A stretch of DNA of 64,000 nt from contig DASTLX010000040.1 in the NCBI GenBank assembly GCA_035714565.1, positions 14,306-78,305 of the forward strand, read 5' to 3'. How positions within the stretch are numbered: position 1 is the first letter of the stretch; the number at the start of each line of letters is the position of its first letter. Source of the DNA: Allosphingosinicella sp. (GTDB lineage: Bacteria; Pseudomonadota; Alphaproteobacteria; Sphingomonadales; Sphingomonadaceae). The translations under genes were made by a program, and so were the position numbers. Under the pieces are notes generated by a model. The model was not told where the DNA came from. It did not search any database and saw nothing but the letters and a program-made list of their open reading frames with translations. Positions 30,158-40,800 of the stretch are shown in pieces.

Positions 30158-31381
30158 ATGCCGCCTCGCTCCGCGCCCTCACTCCCCGCAGAGGGCCTCG
30201 ACGTCAGCCGGCCCGAGCTTTGGCGCGACGGCTCCGTCGGCGCTCTGTTCGAACGCTTGCGGCGCGAGGACCCGGTTCATTTCTGCGCCGAGAGCGCGTT
30301 CGGCGCCTATTGGTCGATCACCCGCCATCGCGACATCGTCGAGGTTGAGGGCCGGCCGGAGGTGTTTTCGTCCAGCTTCCGCCATGGCGGAATCACCCTG
30401 TTCGGAGACAGATCGAGCTGGTTCCCGATGTTCATCGCCACGGACGGCGGCGAGCACTCGGCGCAGCGCGCCACGGCGGCGCCGGCCTTCGCTCCGTCGG
30501 CTTTGACGCGCCTGGAGCCGCTTCTGAAGAAGCATGCGGAGGAGGCGATCGACACACTCCCCGTCGGCGAAAGGTTCGACTGGGCGGACCGGGTCTCCGT
30601 CGAGCTTTCGGCCGGGATGCTCGCCCTGCTGCTCGGATTCCCGTGGGAGGAGCGGCGCAGGCTGACCGGCTGGGCCGATTGGGCGGGCGATCTGCACGCC
30701 ATCGCGGATCCCGAGCTCGGGCGCCAGCGCCTGGAGATCCTCTGGGAATGCGCGGGCTGGTTCCTCCGGCTCCGGCGCGTCAGGGAGACTGAAGGCGGCG
30801 AGGACCTCGTCTCGAGGATGAGCCGGTCCGAGGTCGTCCGCGCGATGGCGCCGCAGGAATATGCGGGCAACATGATCATGCTGATCCTGGGCGGCAGCGA
30901 CACTACCCGAAGCACGATGAGCGCTCTTCCCGCCGTCAACCGCCTGTGGCCGGAAGAGTGGGAGAAGCTCGCCGCCGATCCGGCCCTGGCCGCCTCGGCC
31001 GCCCAGGAGCTGATCCGCTGGCAGACCCCGCTCGCGCATATGCGGCGAACCGCTACCCGGGACTGCGAGCTGGCGGGACGCCGGATCGCCGCCGGGGACA
31101 AGGTGGCGCTGTGGTACGCCTCCGCCAATCGCGACGAGACCGTGTTCGACGATGCCGATCGCTTCCTCTGCGACCGGGCGAACGTCCGGCGCCACCTCGG
31201 CTTCGGCTTCGGAGTCCATCGCTGCGTTGGCGCCCGGCTGGCCGAGCTTCAGGTCGCGACTCTCATCGAAACGCTTGTCGAGCTGAAATTGCGGCCCGTG
31301 CAGACCGGGGAGGCGCGGAGAAACGCCAATTGCTTCTCGCAAGGCTACGTTTGCATGCCGGTGACGCTCGAGAGGGCCTGA
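30158..31381 (+). CDS. Cytochrome P450
   Basis: I-helix GGSDTT, ELIR (ExxR), FGFGVHRCVG heme Cys. Confidence 0.93.
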   Translation: MPPRSAPSLPAEGLDVSRPELWRDGSVGALFERLRREDPVHFCAESAFGAYWSITRHRDIVEVEGRPEVFSSSFRHGGITLFGDRSSWFPMFIATDGGEHSAQRATAAPAFAPSALTRLEPLLKKHAEEAIDTLPVGERFDWADRVSVELSAGMLALLLGFPWEERRRLTGWADWAGDLHAIADPELGRQRLEILWECAGWFLRLRRVRETEGGEDLVSRMSRSEVVRAMAPQEYAGNMIMLILGGSDTTRSTMSALPAVNRLWPEEWEKLAADPALAASAAQELIRWQTPLAHMRRTATRDCELAGRRIAAGDKVALWYASANRDETVFDDADRFLCDRANVRRHLGFGFGVHRCVGARLAELQVATLIETLVELKLRPVQTGEARRNANCFSQGYVCMPVTLERA

Positions 31382-31406
31382 GCGCCGCTCTCCCCCCGCG
31401 GAGCCG

Positions 31407-31556
31407 TCAGGATTTGTCGGTAGAGCCGTCCGCGCTGCTGGTGGTATTGCCGGCGCGGGCGCCCGCGGCGCTGAAACGAGTGACTCGCGGCGCCTCCCAA
31501 GGCTCGCGTTCCATCCCGGTAAAGGACTGGTCCTGCGGGCTAAGGTCGGCAGCCAT
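31407..31556 (-). CDS. 49-aa lasso-peptide-like RiPP precursor, missing from the ORF track
   Basis: GGGGAGAG SD; MAADLSPQDQSFTGMEREPWEAPRVTRFSAAGAR-AGNTTSSADGSTDKS; WxxPxV leader motif, core with Asp at position 9, terminal Ser. Confidence 0.6.
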   Translation of the reverse strand: MAADLSPQDQSFTGMEREPWEAPRVTRFSAAGARAGNTTSSADGSTDKS

Positions 31557-31597
31557 TTTTCACTCTCCCCAGATCGGCGCTAAGCCATGCATAAGAG

Positions 31598-32305
31598 ATG
31601 CGGCAGCGGTTGCAAATGCGATTCGGAGGAGTCTTGCTCGCGGACGACTGGAACGAGGAGGCCTCGGCGCCCGCGACGAGGCCCGACCGATCCGGCGAGT
31701 GGGTGCTCAACCGCCTGCGCTGGATATTACTGGGTGCCGCCCTGAGGGCGCCCGGGAGCGCGCGCCTGTCCGCGCATTTTCCCCGGGTCGCCGGTGCCGT
31801 CGCGGCGGCGGGTCTCGACGGACCGGTTCCCCTCGCTCGGCACCACGTCACCCACTGCTTCGACTGCGGCGACGAGCTTCTCGACCGCCTGCTGCGCAAG
31901 AGCGCAGGCGAAGTCGCGGACGGCGGCGAAACCCGGCTGAGAACGCGCGTGATAACCGCCGGCGACGTCGTCGCGGGCTATTATTCGACCCGTCCGATCT
32001 TCGCCTTCCGCGAAGGCGAGCCCGAGGCCCGGATCCCGCTCCTCTACGTCGCGCGCTGCGCCGTCGACCGGCGCTGGCGGCGCCCGGGAGTCGCGGACGA
32101 TATGTTCCTGGAGATGCTGCGCGAAGCCTGGGACGTTCCGGAGAGCGAGCGTCCGGCGGCGCTCGTCGGACTCGCGGTCAGCGCTGCGGCGAAGCGCTTC
32201 TTCCGCCGCATCGGAATCCGCCCGCTGGGCGACGCGATCCACGTCCGGGGCGTGATCGTCCCGCGCAGCGACCTCGCGGCCGCGGCGGCCTTTACCCGAG
32301 GCTGA
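31598..32305 (+). CDS. GNAT-family acetyltransferase-like protein; start uncertain
   Basis: FDCGDELLDRLL, VAGYYS, ARCAVDRRWRRPGVA, AKRFFRRIG. Confidence 0.65.
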   Translation: MRQRLQMRFGGVLLADDWNEEASAPATRPDRSGEWVLNRLRWILLGAALRAPGSARLSAHFPRVAGAVAAAGLDGPVPLARHHVTHCFDCGDELLDRLLRKSAGEVADGGETRLRTRVITAGDVVAGYYSTRPIFAFREGEPEARIPLLYVARCAVDRRWRRPGVADDMFLEMLREAWDVPESERPAALVGLAVSAAAKRFFRRIGIRPLGDAIHVRGVIVPRSDLAAAAAFTRG

Positions 32306-32351
32306 TCCGGCCATTGCGGCGCCGCCGCGACTGCCGCAATGAGGAGGCTCG

Positions 32352-33050
32352 ATGACCAGCATTTCGATCTTCGGCGCCGGCGGGCGGATGGGGCGGGCGA
32401 TCGCCGAGGCGGCGGCGCTTCGCGACGACTTCCGGATCTCGGGCCATCATCCCGACGTCTTCGTCGATTTCTCGGTTCCGGAGGCGGTCGCCGGTCACCT
32501 CGCCGAGGCGCGGAGGGCGTGCAGGCCGATCCTGATCGGAACGACCGGGCTGGATAGCGGTCATCGCCGGCTGATCGACGAGGCCGCGTCCGAAATCCCG
32601 CTCATCCAGGCCGCCAACACCTCGCTCGGGGTCAACCTTCTCGCCCATCTGGTGCGCGAGACGGCGGCCCGGCTGGGCGAGGATTGGGACCTCGAGATCG
32701 TCGAGATGCACCACCGCATGAAGGCCGACGCCCCGTCGGGCACCGCCCTGATGCTGGGCCGCGCCGGCGCGGAGGGGCGCGGGGTCGATCTCGATTCGGT
32801 CGCGGACCGCGGCCGCGACGGCATCACCGGCCCGCGCGCGCCGGGACGCATCGGCTTCGCCTCGCTCCGCGGCGGATCGGTCGCCGGCGAGCATCTCGCC
32901 ATCTTCGCCGCCGAAGGCGAGCGGCTCGAGCTCGGCCACCGCGCGGAGAGCCGCGCGATCTTCGCCCGCGGCGCCATCGAGGCGGCCCTGTGGCTGGTCG
33001 GCAAGCCGGCGGGCCGCTACTCGATGGCGGACGTGCTGGGGCTTAAGTGA
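32352..33050 (+). CDS. dapB: 4-hydroxy-tetrahydrodipicolinate reductase
   Basis: GAGGRMG, IGTTG, EMHHRMKADAPSGTA. Confidence 0.96.
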   Translation: MTSISIFGAGGRMGRAIAEAAALRDDFRISGHHPDVFVDFSVPEAVAGHLAEARRACRPILIGTTGLDSGHRRLIDEAASEIPLIQAANTSLGVNLLAHLVRETAARLGEDWDLEIVEMHHRMKADAPSGTALMLGRAGAEGRGVDLDSVADRGRDGITGPRAPGRIGFASLRGGSVAGEHLAIFAAEGERLELGHRAESRAIFARGAIEAALWLVGKPAGRYSMADVLGLK

Positions 33051-33733
33051 AACCCGCCGAAATCGCAGAATTATACAGGCGACTGCATGATCGTACGCCG
33101 AGCCCGGAGACGGAGCTCGAATTCGTGAATAATTATACACTGCTGGTCGCCGTCGTCCTGTCGGCGCAGGCGACCGACGCCTCGGTCAACCTCGCCACCC
33201 GCGACCTGTTCGCCACGGTGAGCACGCCCGAGGCGATGGTGGCGCTCGGCGAGGAGGGGCTGAAGCGGCACATCCGGACGATCGGCCTCTTCAACACCAA
33301 GGCGAAGAACGTCATCGCCCTTTCCGAGGCCCTGATCGAGCGCCACGGCGGCGAGGTGCCGGCCGATCTCGACTCGCTCCAGGCGCTTCCCGGAGTCGGC
33401 CGCAAGACCGCCAACGTCGTCCTGAACTGCGCGTTCGGGGCCGAGACCTTCGCGGTCGATACTCACGTCTTCCGGGTCTCGAACCGGACCGGACTGGCGC
33501 CGGGCAAGGACGTGCTCGAGGTCGAGCGGATCCTGGATGCGGTGACTCCGCCGCCCTATCGCCGCGACGCCCACCACCTGCTGATCCTCCACGGCCGCTA
33601 CGTCTGCAAGGCGAGGAAGCCGGAATGCTGGCGCTGCGTGATCGCCGACATCTGCCGCTACGAGCCGAAAACGCCGCCGCCGGGAAGCGAAGCGGGCGCC
33701 GGAGCGCCGAAGCCGGCGAGGAGACGCGCATGA
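33047..33733 (+). CDS. nth: Endonuclease III
   Basis: LSAQATD, LPGVGRKTAN HhH, 4Fe-4S Cys cluster. Confidence 0.96.
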   Translation: MKPAEIAELYRRLHDRTPSPETELEFVNNYTLLVAVVLSAQATDASVNLATRDLFATVSTPEAMVALGEEGLKRHIRTIGLFNTKAKNVIALSEALIERHGGEVPADLDSLQALPGVGRKTANVVLNCAFGAETFAVDTHVFRVSNRTGLAPGKDVLEVERILDAVTPPPYRRDAHHLLILHGRYVCKARKPECWRCVIADICRYEPKTPPPGSEAGAGAPKPARRRA

Positions 33734-33858
33734 CGACCCGCCCGGGACCCGACCCACCGCAACCGCTTTCATCGGATCCAGGCCGGCGCCGGCCGACCCG
33801 GCGACCGCTAAAGCCACTGGCGGCGTCGCCGCGGCTTTGCTAAGCGCCGCCCTTCCAC

Positions 33859-33935
<77 letters not shown>

Positions 33936-34086
33936 GCTTTTTTTGCGGGCGCCGGCGAGTCCCCGGTCGTTGCCGCGCTTTCGGTAACCCGCCTTTCTCC
34001 GTGGCTTACGGGGCCGGCTCGGGCCGCCGCGGCAGGACGCGCTTCCGGCGGCGACGGAGGCCGCCCGGCCCACCGGCCGAAACCGC

Positions 34087-34128
34087 TGTGCACAACCGCA
34101 CAAGACCATTGTGAGAATGCTCACAATG
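34087..34128. promoter_or_regulatory. Two tandem Crp-type operator boxes
   Basis: TGTGC-N6-GCACA at 34087-34102 and TGTGA-N6-TCACA at 34110-34125, the latter within palindrome cattgtgag-aatg-ctcacaatg. Confidence 0.75.
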
Positions 34129-34163
34129 CGACACATAATCCGGCCGGGAGCGCAAAGGTGGCG

Positions 34164-34847
34164 ATGGAGAGCGGAGAGCGGACGCACAGGGAGGAGGAGC
34201 CGTTTCCGCTTGGCCTGCGCGAGGCATATCTGGCTCGGGCCCAACTGATAAAGGTCAGGCGCGGCCAAATCATCATTTCCGAAGGTAGCGACACCACCGA
34301 GGTTTATCTGATTCGCAGCGGCAAGGTGCAGATTTCCCTTTTTTCGCTGCATGGCCGGGAAGTGATCTTGCGCGAGATGGGAGCCGATCAGATCTTCGGC
34401 GAGCTCGCCGCCATCGACGGGCAGCGGCGCTCGGCCAACGTCATCGCGGTCGAGGATTCGGTGCTCGCGCTCATGCGTGGCGAGCAGTTCGTCGACTTTC
34501 TCGGCGCCGTGCCCCAGGCCGGCCTTTGGATGTCGAGGTTGCTCGTCGCCCGCATCCGCAACCTTACCTCGCGGGCCTTCGAGCTCGCGACCCTGCCGGT
34601 CGCGGGCCGGATCCACAGCGAGCTGCTTCGCCTCGCCCGCGAAAGCGGCGTCGATTCCGATCGGCTGACGATCCAGCCGATGCCGACCCACGCCGACCTC
34701 GCCGCCCGGATCGGCACCCATCGCGAGGCCGTCACCCGCGAGCTCAACCTCCTGGCGGGAGAGGGCATCCTTCACCAGTCGGGCCGCCGGGTGGAGATTT
34801 TGTCGGTCGCGAAGCTGCACGCGCTCTACGATCGGATCCGGCGGTGA
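34164..34847 (+). CDS. Crp/Fnr family transcriptional regulator
   Basis: cNMP-binding FGELAA...RSA; HTH with recognition helix REAVTR. Confidence 0.92.
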   Translation: MESGERTHREEEPFPLGLREAYLARAQLIKVRRGQIIISEGSDTTEVYLIRSGKVQISLFSLHGREVILREMGADQIFGELAAIDGQRRSANVIAVEDSVLALMRGEQFVDFLGAVPQAGLWMSRLLVARIRNLTSRAFELATLPVAGRIHSELLRLARESGVDSDRLTIQPMPTHADLAARIGTHREAVTRELNLLAGEGILHQSGRRVEILSVAKLHALYDRIRR

Positions 34848-37810
34848 TGCTGCCCTCCGCGCCGCCGGTCGCGGTCCACCCGGCCAGCCACCGCCACCAT
34901 CTCGTCATCCTCTTCTGCGACCTGTGCGATTCGACCCGGATCGCGGCCTCGATCGAGCCCGAAACCTACGCGGACCTGCTCCAGCATCTCCGCGAGATGC
35001 TGACCGAGACGATTGCCCGCCACGGCGGCGAGATCGTGCGCATCGACGGCGACGGCGCGCTCTGCATCTTCGGCTATCCCGAGAGCCACGAGGATGCCGG
35101 GCGGCGCGCCAGCGAGGCCGCGATCGACCTCCATGCGACGGCGGCGGCGCTCGACCGGACCTTCGCCATCGGCGGACCGATCCGTCTGCACAGCGGGATC
35201 CACGCCGGCGTGGTGCTGGTGCGCGAGGGGGACATAGTGCGCGGGCGGTTCGAGGTGCTCGGCGACGCGACGAACATCGCGGCCCGGCTCTGCGACCATG
35301 GCGGAAGCGACGAGATCATCGTCAGCGACGCCGCGCTTGGGGCAGACCGCTATTTCTTCCGGTCGGGTCCGCGCCGCCAGATCCGGATCGCTGGCCATTC
35401 CCAGGCGGTCACCGTCTTCAACATCTACGGGCGCGAACCGGTCACGACCCGCTTCGGCGCCCGGACCCGCCGCGGGCTGACTCCGTTCGCCGGACGCGCG
35501 GCGGAGCTGGCGCGGCTGCGCGCCTGGCTCGGCGAGAGGCGAGGCGGCCCGATGATGGTGGTCGGACCGGCGGGGATCGGCAAGACCCGCCTGCTCAGCG
35601 AGTTTCTCGCCGAGGCCGCCGCCGGCGGAGTGACCGTCCATCGCGGCTATTGCGAGGCCTATCTGGGCGCCCGGCCGCTCCAGCCCTTCACCCATCTCGC
35701 GCAGTCGATGACCGGGGATCCCGCCGCCGAGCTATCGGGTCCCGCGCTCTCGGCCCGGGCGCCCTCGACGGCCGGGTCCGGGCTCGATCACGAGGTCGAG
35801 GCGATGCGCGCGCTGATCGCCCGGCAAGCGGCGGCCGGCCCCTGCATCCTGGTGATCGACGACTGGCAATGGGCCGACGGCGCGAGCCGGGAGATGCTCG
35901 ACGCGCTCCTTCCGGACGCCGGCCACGTCCATATCCTGCTCGCCTCGCGCGAGCCCGATGCGCGGCTGGCGGCGGCGGCGGCGGTCGACCTCGTGGAACT
36001 GCCGCCCCTTTCGGTCGACGAGACGCAGAGCGCGATCGCCGCTCTGCTCCCGACTCCGGACCCGTTCCTCGCGCTCCGGATCGGCGGCGAATCGGGCGGC
36101 AGCCCGCTCTTCCTGGAGGAGCTGTGCCATGCCTCGCTGCGCGAATCGGGCGAGGTGCCCAGCGTCGAGCGAAGCGCCCTGCTCGACATGCTCATCCAGG
36201 CCCGCTTCGACCAGCTGCCGGTCGAGCAGGCCGTCCTCATCCGAGCGGCCTCCGTGATCGGCCACATGGTGCCGACCTGGCTGTTCACGGCGATGACGGG
36301 AATCGCCGCCGACGACCCGCTGATCGCCGAGCTGGCCGAAGCCGATTTCCTGTTCACCGGCGAGGTCGGATCGACCCTGCGCTTCAAGCACGGCATCACC
36401 CGGGACGCCGTCTATCGAACGATCAGTCTGGGCGAGCGCCGGGCGCTGCACAGCCGGGTCGTCGAGGCGCTCAAGACCGAAGCGCAGCGCATCGGCGAGC
36501 CACCGCTGCTCGAGGCCCTCGCTTACCATTACGCCGCCAGCGGCGACACCGTGCACGCTCTGCCCTATACGATCCGCGCCGGCGATGCCGCGCTCGCGGC
36601 CGGCGCCCTGGATCGCGCCCAGGAACATTATCGCTCGGCCTTCGAGGCCGTGGCCGCGCGCGGCGCCGAAGGTCCGCTCGCCGCCTTCATCTGGCCGCTC
36701 GTCAACAAATACGGCCTGGCCTGCATCGTCGACCCGTCGCCGGACCAGGTGCCGGTCATGCGGGAAATGGCGCGGCGGCTGCGCACGCTAGGCAACCCCG
36801 AGGCGCTGGTCCGGAGCGAATATTGGATCGGCGCCATCGCCTACGGACTGGGCGAAGGGAAGCAGTCGGTCCTCCACCAGACCTCGGCCCTGCGCACGGC
36901 GAGGGAGCTCGGACAGACCCGCTTCGTCGCCCAGATCGAGATCAAGCTGGCTCAGTCCCTCTTCGCGGCCGGCCGCTATGCCGAGGCCGACTCCTTGTTC
37001 GAGCAAGTCTTCGACGCCGTCGAGCGCAAGGTCGCCCGGATCGACGACGAATCGCTCGTCTACGCTTATTGCTGTCACGGCTTCCTTCACGCCGACCGCG
37101 GCGATTTCGCCGCCGCCGGGCGCCGCTACGCCGATGCCGATCGGGTTCGGGGCAGCACCGCTCCCCCTCTGGTCGCGTCCTACCTCACCCAGAAATCGGC
37201 GGTCTGCCTGTTTCGCGGGGAATGGCATGACGCCATCGGCCATGCCCGCAACTGCCTCGAAGCGTGCGGGCGGACCCGCGCGCGCTATCAGGCGATGATG
37301 TCGAAGGCTCTCGCCGCCTACGGACAATGGCGGCTCGACCGCGACCCGGCGGCGGTCGAGACGCTGCTCGGGGCGGCCCGCTGGTTCGCGTCCGGCGCAA
37401 GCCGGCAGCGGACTTCGCTGGTCGACGGCTGGCTTGCCGAGATCATGGCCGAAACCGGCCGGGTGGGGCCGGCCCGCCACTATGCCGCTCTGGCCGTCGC
37501 TCGGGTGCGCCGGGCGGGCGACCGCCTGGGCGAGGCGATGGCCTATCGTGCCGTCGCCCGGCTCGCGGCCAGGCAAGGCGACCGCCGGCGGATGGAGCGC
37601 TATCTCGCGGCCGCCTACCGCTCGGCCGAGGTCCGCGGCTCCGCGCGCGAGGAAGCGCAGACCCGCCTCTGCGAGGCGGAGCTCGCTTTGGAGGCGGGCG
37701 AGACCGAGCGCGCAGCGCCACTGCTGACCGCGGCGCGGGCCGCGTTCGAGCGGATGGGGATGCGCTATTTCACGGAGCGGGCCGAGGCGCTGCTCGCGCC
37801 CAGTCGCTGA
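34847..37810 (+). CDS. Class III nucleotide cyclase + P-loop ATPase + TPR-like protein
   Basis: LFCDL, GDG, NIAARL; Walker A GPAGIGKT; Walker B VIDDWQWAD; GSPLFLEE; start overlaps the crp stop (TGATG). Confidence 0.88.
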   Translation: MLPSAPPVAVHPASHRHHLVILFCDLCDSTRIAASIEPETYADLLQHLREMLTETIARHGGEIVRIDGDGALCIFGYPESHEDAGRRASEAAIDLHATAAALDRTFAIGGPIRLHSGIHAGVVLVREGDIVRGRFEVLGDATNIAARLCDHGGSDEIIVSDAALGADRYFFRSGPRRQIRIAGHSQAVTVFNIYGREPVTTRFGARTRRGLTPFAGRAAELARLRAWLGERRGGPMMVVGPAGIGKTRLLSEFLAEAAAGGVTVHRGYCEAYLGARPLQPFTHLAQSMTGDPAAELSGPALSARAPSTAGSGLDHEVEAMRALIARQAAAGPCILVIDDWQWADGASREMLDALLPDAGHVHILLASREPDARLAAAAAVDLVELPPLSVDETQSAIAALLPTPDPFLALRIGGESGGSPLFLEELCHASLRESGEVPSVERSALLDMLIQARFDQLPVEQAVLIRAASVIGHMVPTWLFTAMTGIAADDPLIAELAEADFLFTGEVGSTLRFKHGITRDAVYRTISLGERRALHSRVVEALKTEAQRIGEPPLLEALAYHYAASGDTVHALPYTIRAGDAALAAGALDRAQEHYRSAFEAVAARGAEGPLAAFIWPLVNKYGLACIVDPSPDQVPVMREMARRLRTLGNPEALVRSEYWIGAIAYGLGEGKQSVLHQTSALRTARELGQTRFVAQIEIKLAQSLFAAGRYAEADSLFEQVFDAVERKVARIDDESLVYAYCCHGFLHADRGDFAAAGRRYADADRVRGSTAPPLVASYLTQKSAVCLFRGEWHDAIGHARNCLEACGRTRARYQAMMSKALAAYGQWRLDRDPAAVETLLGAARWFASGASRQRTSLVDGWLAEIMAETGRVGPARHYAALAVARVRRAGDRLGEAMAYRAVARLAARQGDRRRMERYLAAAYRSAEVRGSAREEAQTRLCEAELALEAGETERAAPLLTAARAAFERMGMRYFTERAEALLAPSR

Positions 37811-40800
37811 CGCGCACGATCAGGGAGGCAGGCAGCGCCTGGATTCGTCCCGAGTCGAGCAAGGCGGCGAGGATGCCCATGATCGCTCCCATCGCCATCT
37901 TCTGCGCGGGGCAGGCGTGGACGGGAAAGGGCTCCCCGGCCTCAGGACTGTCGCGCTCCGGCCGATTCCCTCCGAAAATGACCGAGACGTCGCCGTCCGG
38001 ATAATGTTCTAGCGATCGCTGCGCGGCCGAAACCAGGCTGACGACGACGAGATCCCGCTCGTTGACCTCGACATAATGTTCCGAATCGTCCGTCCGGTCG
38101 CTATTTCCGTTGCGCGCCTTGAGCCGGGCCGGGCATGTCGCCGTTCGATAGATGAGATCGGGCGCCGGCCGCTTGCACATGGCTTGCGACACCGGCCCGC
38201 GAAGCACCTCTCGCGCGCTCGTCGGGTCCGCGAGGGCGGAACGGTCGCCGAGCGCTCTGCGGAGCGCCGCCTGCTGGCGCCAAAGCGTCCGCTCGTCGAG
38301 CCATTCAAGCAATATTCCGCGGAGATTCCCGTCCATGGGCGGGATCGCGCCGATCATCGTCCCGACGAGGTTGCGCGCGAGCACGTCATCGTCGTCGGTC
38401 TTGTCGAACATGGCTTGGGCTATCGTCCCGAGCTCCTTGCGACGGGAGCTGGGCCGGTGCTTCCTGACGAAGGCGAGGCTGCCGTCATACACCGCTCTCC
38501 CATGCTGCTCGCCGAACGTCTTCACCCACTCGGTTGGACGAGGATAAAAGGTGTAGCGGGAGGGTGCCAGGAAATCCCCTGGACAGCGCGGCCCCTTCGG
38601 ATCGCGTTCCTCGGGAGGCTGCCACGTCCAGGCCCCGAGATGGAAGTTCTCGCCGTCGGGCAGGCCGTACCAGATCTTGCACAGGAGGCCGAGCGCGGGG
38701 AGCAGGTACTGCCGACGGAGCTCAAGCTTGAAGTAATCCAGCCTGGATGTTGCGGCTCTTTCCTTAGCTTTCTCGATTACCTGCAGGCCGGCCTTATAAC
38801 CGTCTTCGAATCCTCTGCCTTCGTCATAGGCCATCAGAATTTCGTTGGTTGCCTCGGACTCCTTCCAGTAGTTGAAGCGGTTCTGGAGATCCCCGTTCTT
38901 ATATTGGTCGTCCGGCTGCTGCGCGACGTAGATCGGGATTCCCGTCGGCGCAATTCGGCGCAGCTGTTCCTCGGTGGAATAGGTCTTCCAGTCGGTCAGC
39001 ACCGCCATGACGTGACGATAGGACGCGGCGAGCACGATCGGCTGTAAGTCCGGATCGGGTGCGACATTCCAGTCGCTCGTGAGCGGCGTTCCGGGCGGGA
39101 TCTTGAACGCGCCGCCATAATACCAGCGGATCGCCGACCAGACGTCCGAGGTGATGTCGTTTTGCGAAGGATCCTTCGCGTCGAAATCCTCCAGCAGCCT
39201 CTTCCATTCGCTTTGCTTGGTCTGGGGATTGTTGATGCTCACCAGCCGCGAGATCGCGGTCGCGCCGTGCGTTTCGAGGAATTCGCGGAACGGCTCGTAG
39301 CGACCCTTCAATTCGCACAATTTTCGCAGGCCCGAGCGCGAAGGTACGAACAGGTAGGCGCCCCAGTGCAGCTTCACGAAGGGCTCGTTCATCGTCACTC
39401 GGACGACCTCGCCGCCTTCGACGAAGCGGAACACGCGCGTCGCCTGGTCGAGGGCGCCGGTCTTCGGGGCCACTCCGGCGATAGGATCGGAATGTCCCGA
39501 AGCGACGAAGGTGCTGTTGCCGCCGTTGATCCACCGCTGGATCGTCTCGAACTGCTCGGCGATGCTGGAATTGTAGGCCATGAACATGAGGCCGCGCGCG
39601 CCCTCGCCGCCGGCCTCCCCGCTATGGTCGAAGGACATGCCGCGGCGGAGGATGCGGGGAGCGTTGCGCCCCTGGAAGGGCTCGCGCGGGTTGGTCCGGC
39701 GGATGTGGGAGGCGTGGGGGCAGCTCAGGCCTTCCTTGTCGTTCCGATAGTCGAAGTCGTTGCGGCCGCCGCCGCGCGGCCGGACGAGGGGGCGGCCGTC
39801 GACGTTGCGCCCGAGCAGGCGCGCCTTGAGCCGGTCTTCGGTCATCGGCGTCGGGAGCCCCGGATGATGTGCATTGATCCGCTGCGTCTCGCTCGCGATC
39901 GTGCGCTCGAACGCGTCGACCTTCTGCTCGAGCTTGCGGATGACCAGGAACGTGCCGTTGAACTGAATGTCGCGCGCTTTGGCGCGGTCTTTCTCGCGCC
40001 CGTCGTCGTGGCTGAACGCGTCCGGCGCGGAGTCTTCGCGGTCGTTGCCGTAGCCCAGCAGGATCTCTCCGAGCCGCACCTCGTCCTTGTAATATGCCCG
40101 CGCGTCGTCCGGCTGAGTGGCGGTGGGATCGATCGGCTTGGGCTGGCTGACGCCGTCGTGGAACCCGAAATAGTCGACGAGCAGGCCGTCGTCGTCATAG
40201 GTCGCGCACATCGGCTCGAAGCCTTGCAGCGTCGCCCCGTCCGCGGCCGCTTCGGCCAGCCGGCCGATCTCTTTCATCAGCACCTCGCGCTCCGTGCTGG
40301 CGGTGCGCACCTGGAGCACGATGTCGATCTCGCTCGGATCGATAGGCGGCCGCGGCATAGCCCTGGGATCGCCGTCCGGCTGGGGCCAGTTTCGAGGCGG
40401 CAGGGTCCAGTTGCGCGGGTGATTCCCGCGCATGTCGCCGACGAGGCCGGACCTTGCCTCCATCCCCTCGCGAAACTCGCTGGGGAACAGATCGAACACG
40501 GGCTTGGGAAGACCGAGCCGGCGGAGACCGTGGGCGGTCAGGGCGACGGTCCGGAAGAAGCCGTCGCCGGGTGCAGAGCCCGGCTCGGCGAGGAAATTGA
40601 TCTCGCCGTCCGTTTCGAGGCGGCTGAGGAACCGTCGCGCCTCCTCGGCGTCGGTTATCGTCATCAGCAGAAGCGCTCCGCGCCGCATCGGCTCGTCCTT
40701 GCTTCCCTGCGCCTTGAGGATGCCGCCCTGGACCTCCGCCGGATCGTAAGCCGGATCGGGCCGCGGCGGCGGCTGCTCGCTTTCGATTCGACGGAGCTCC

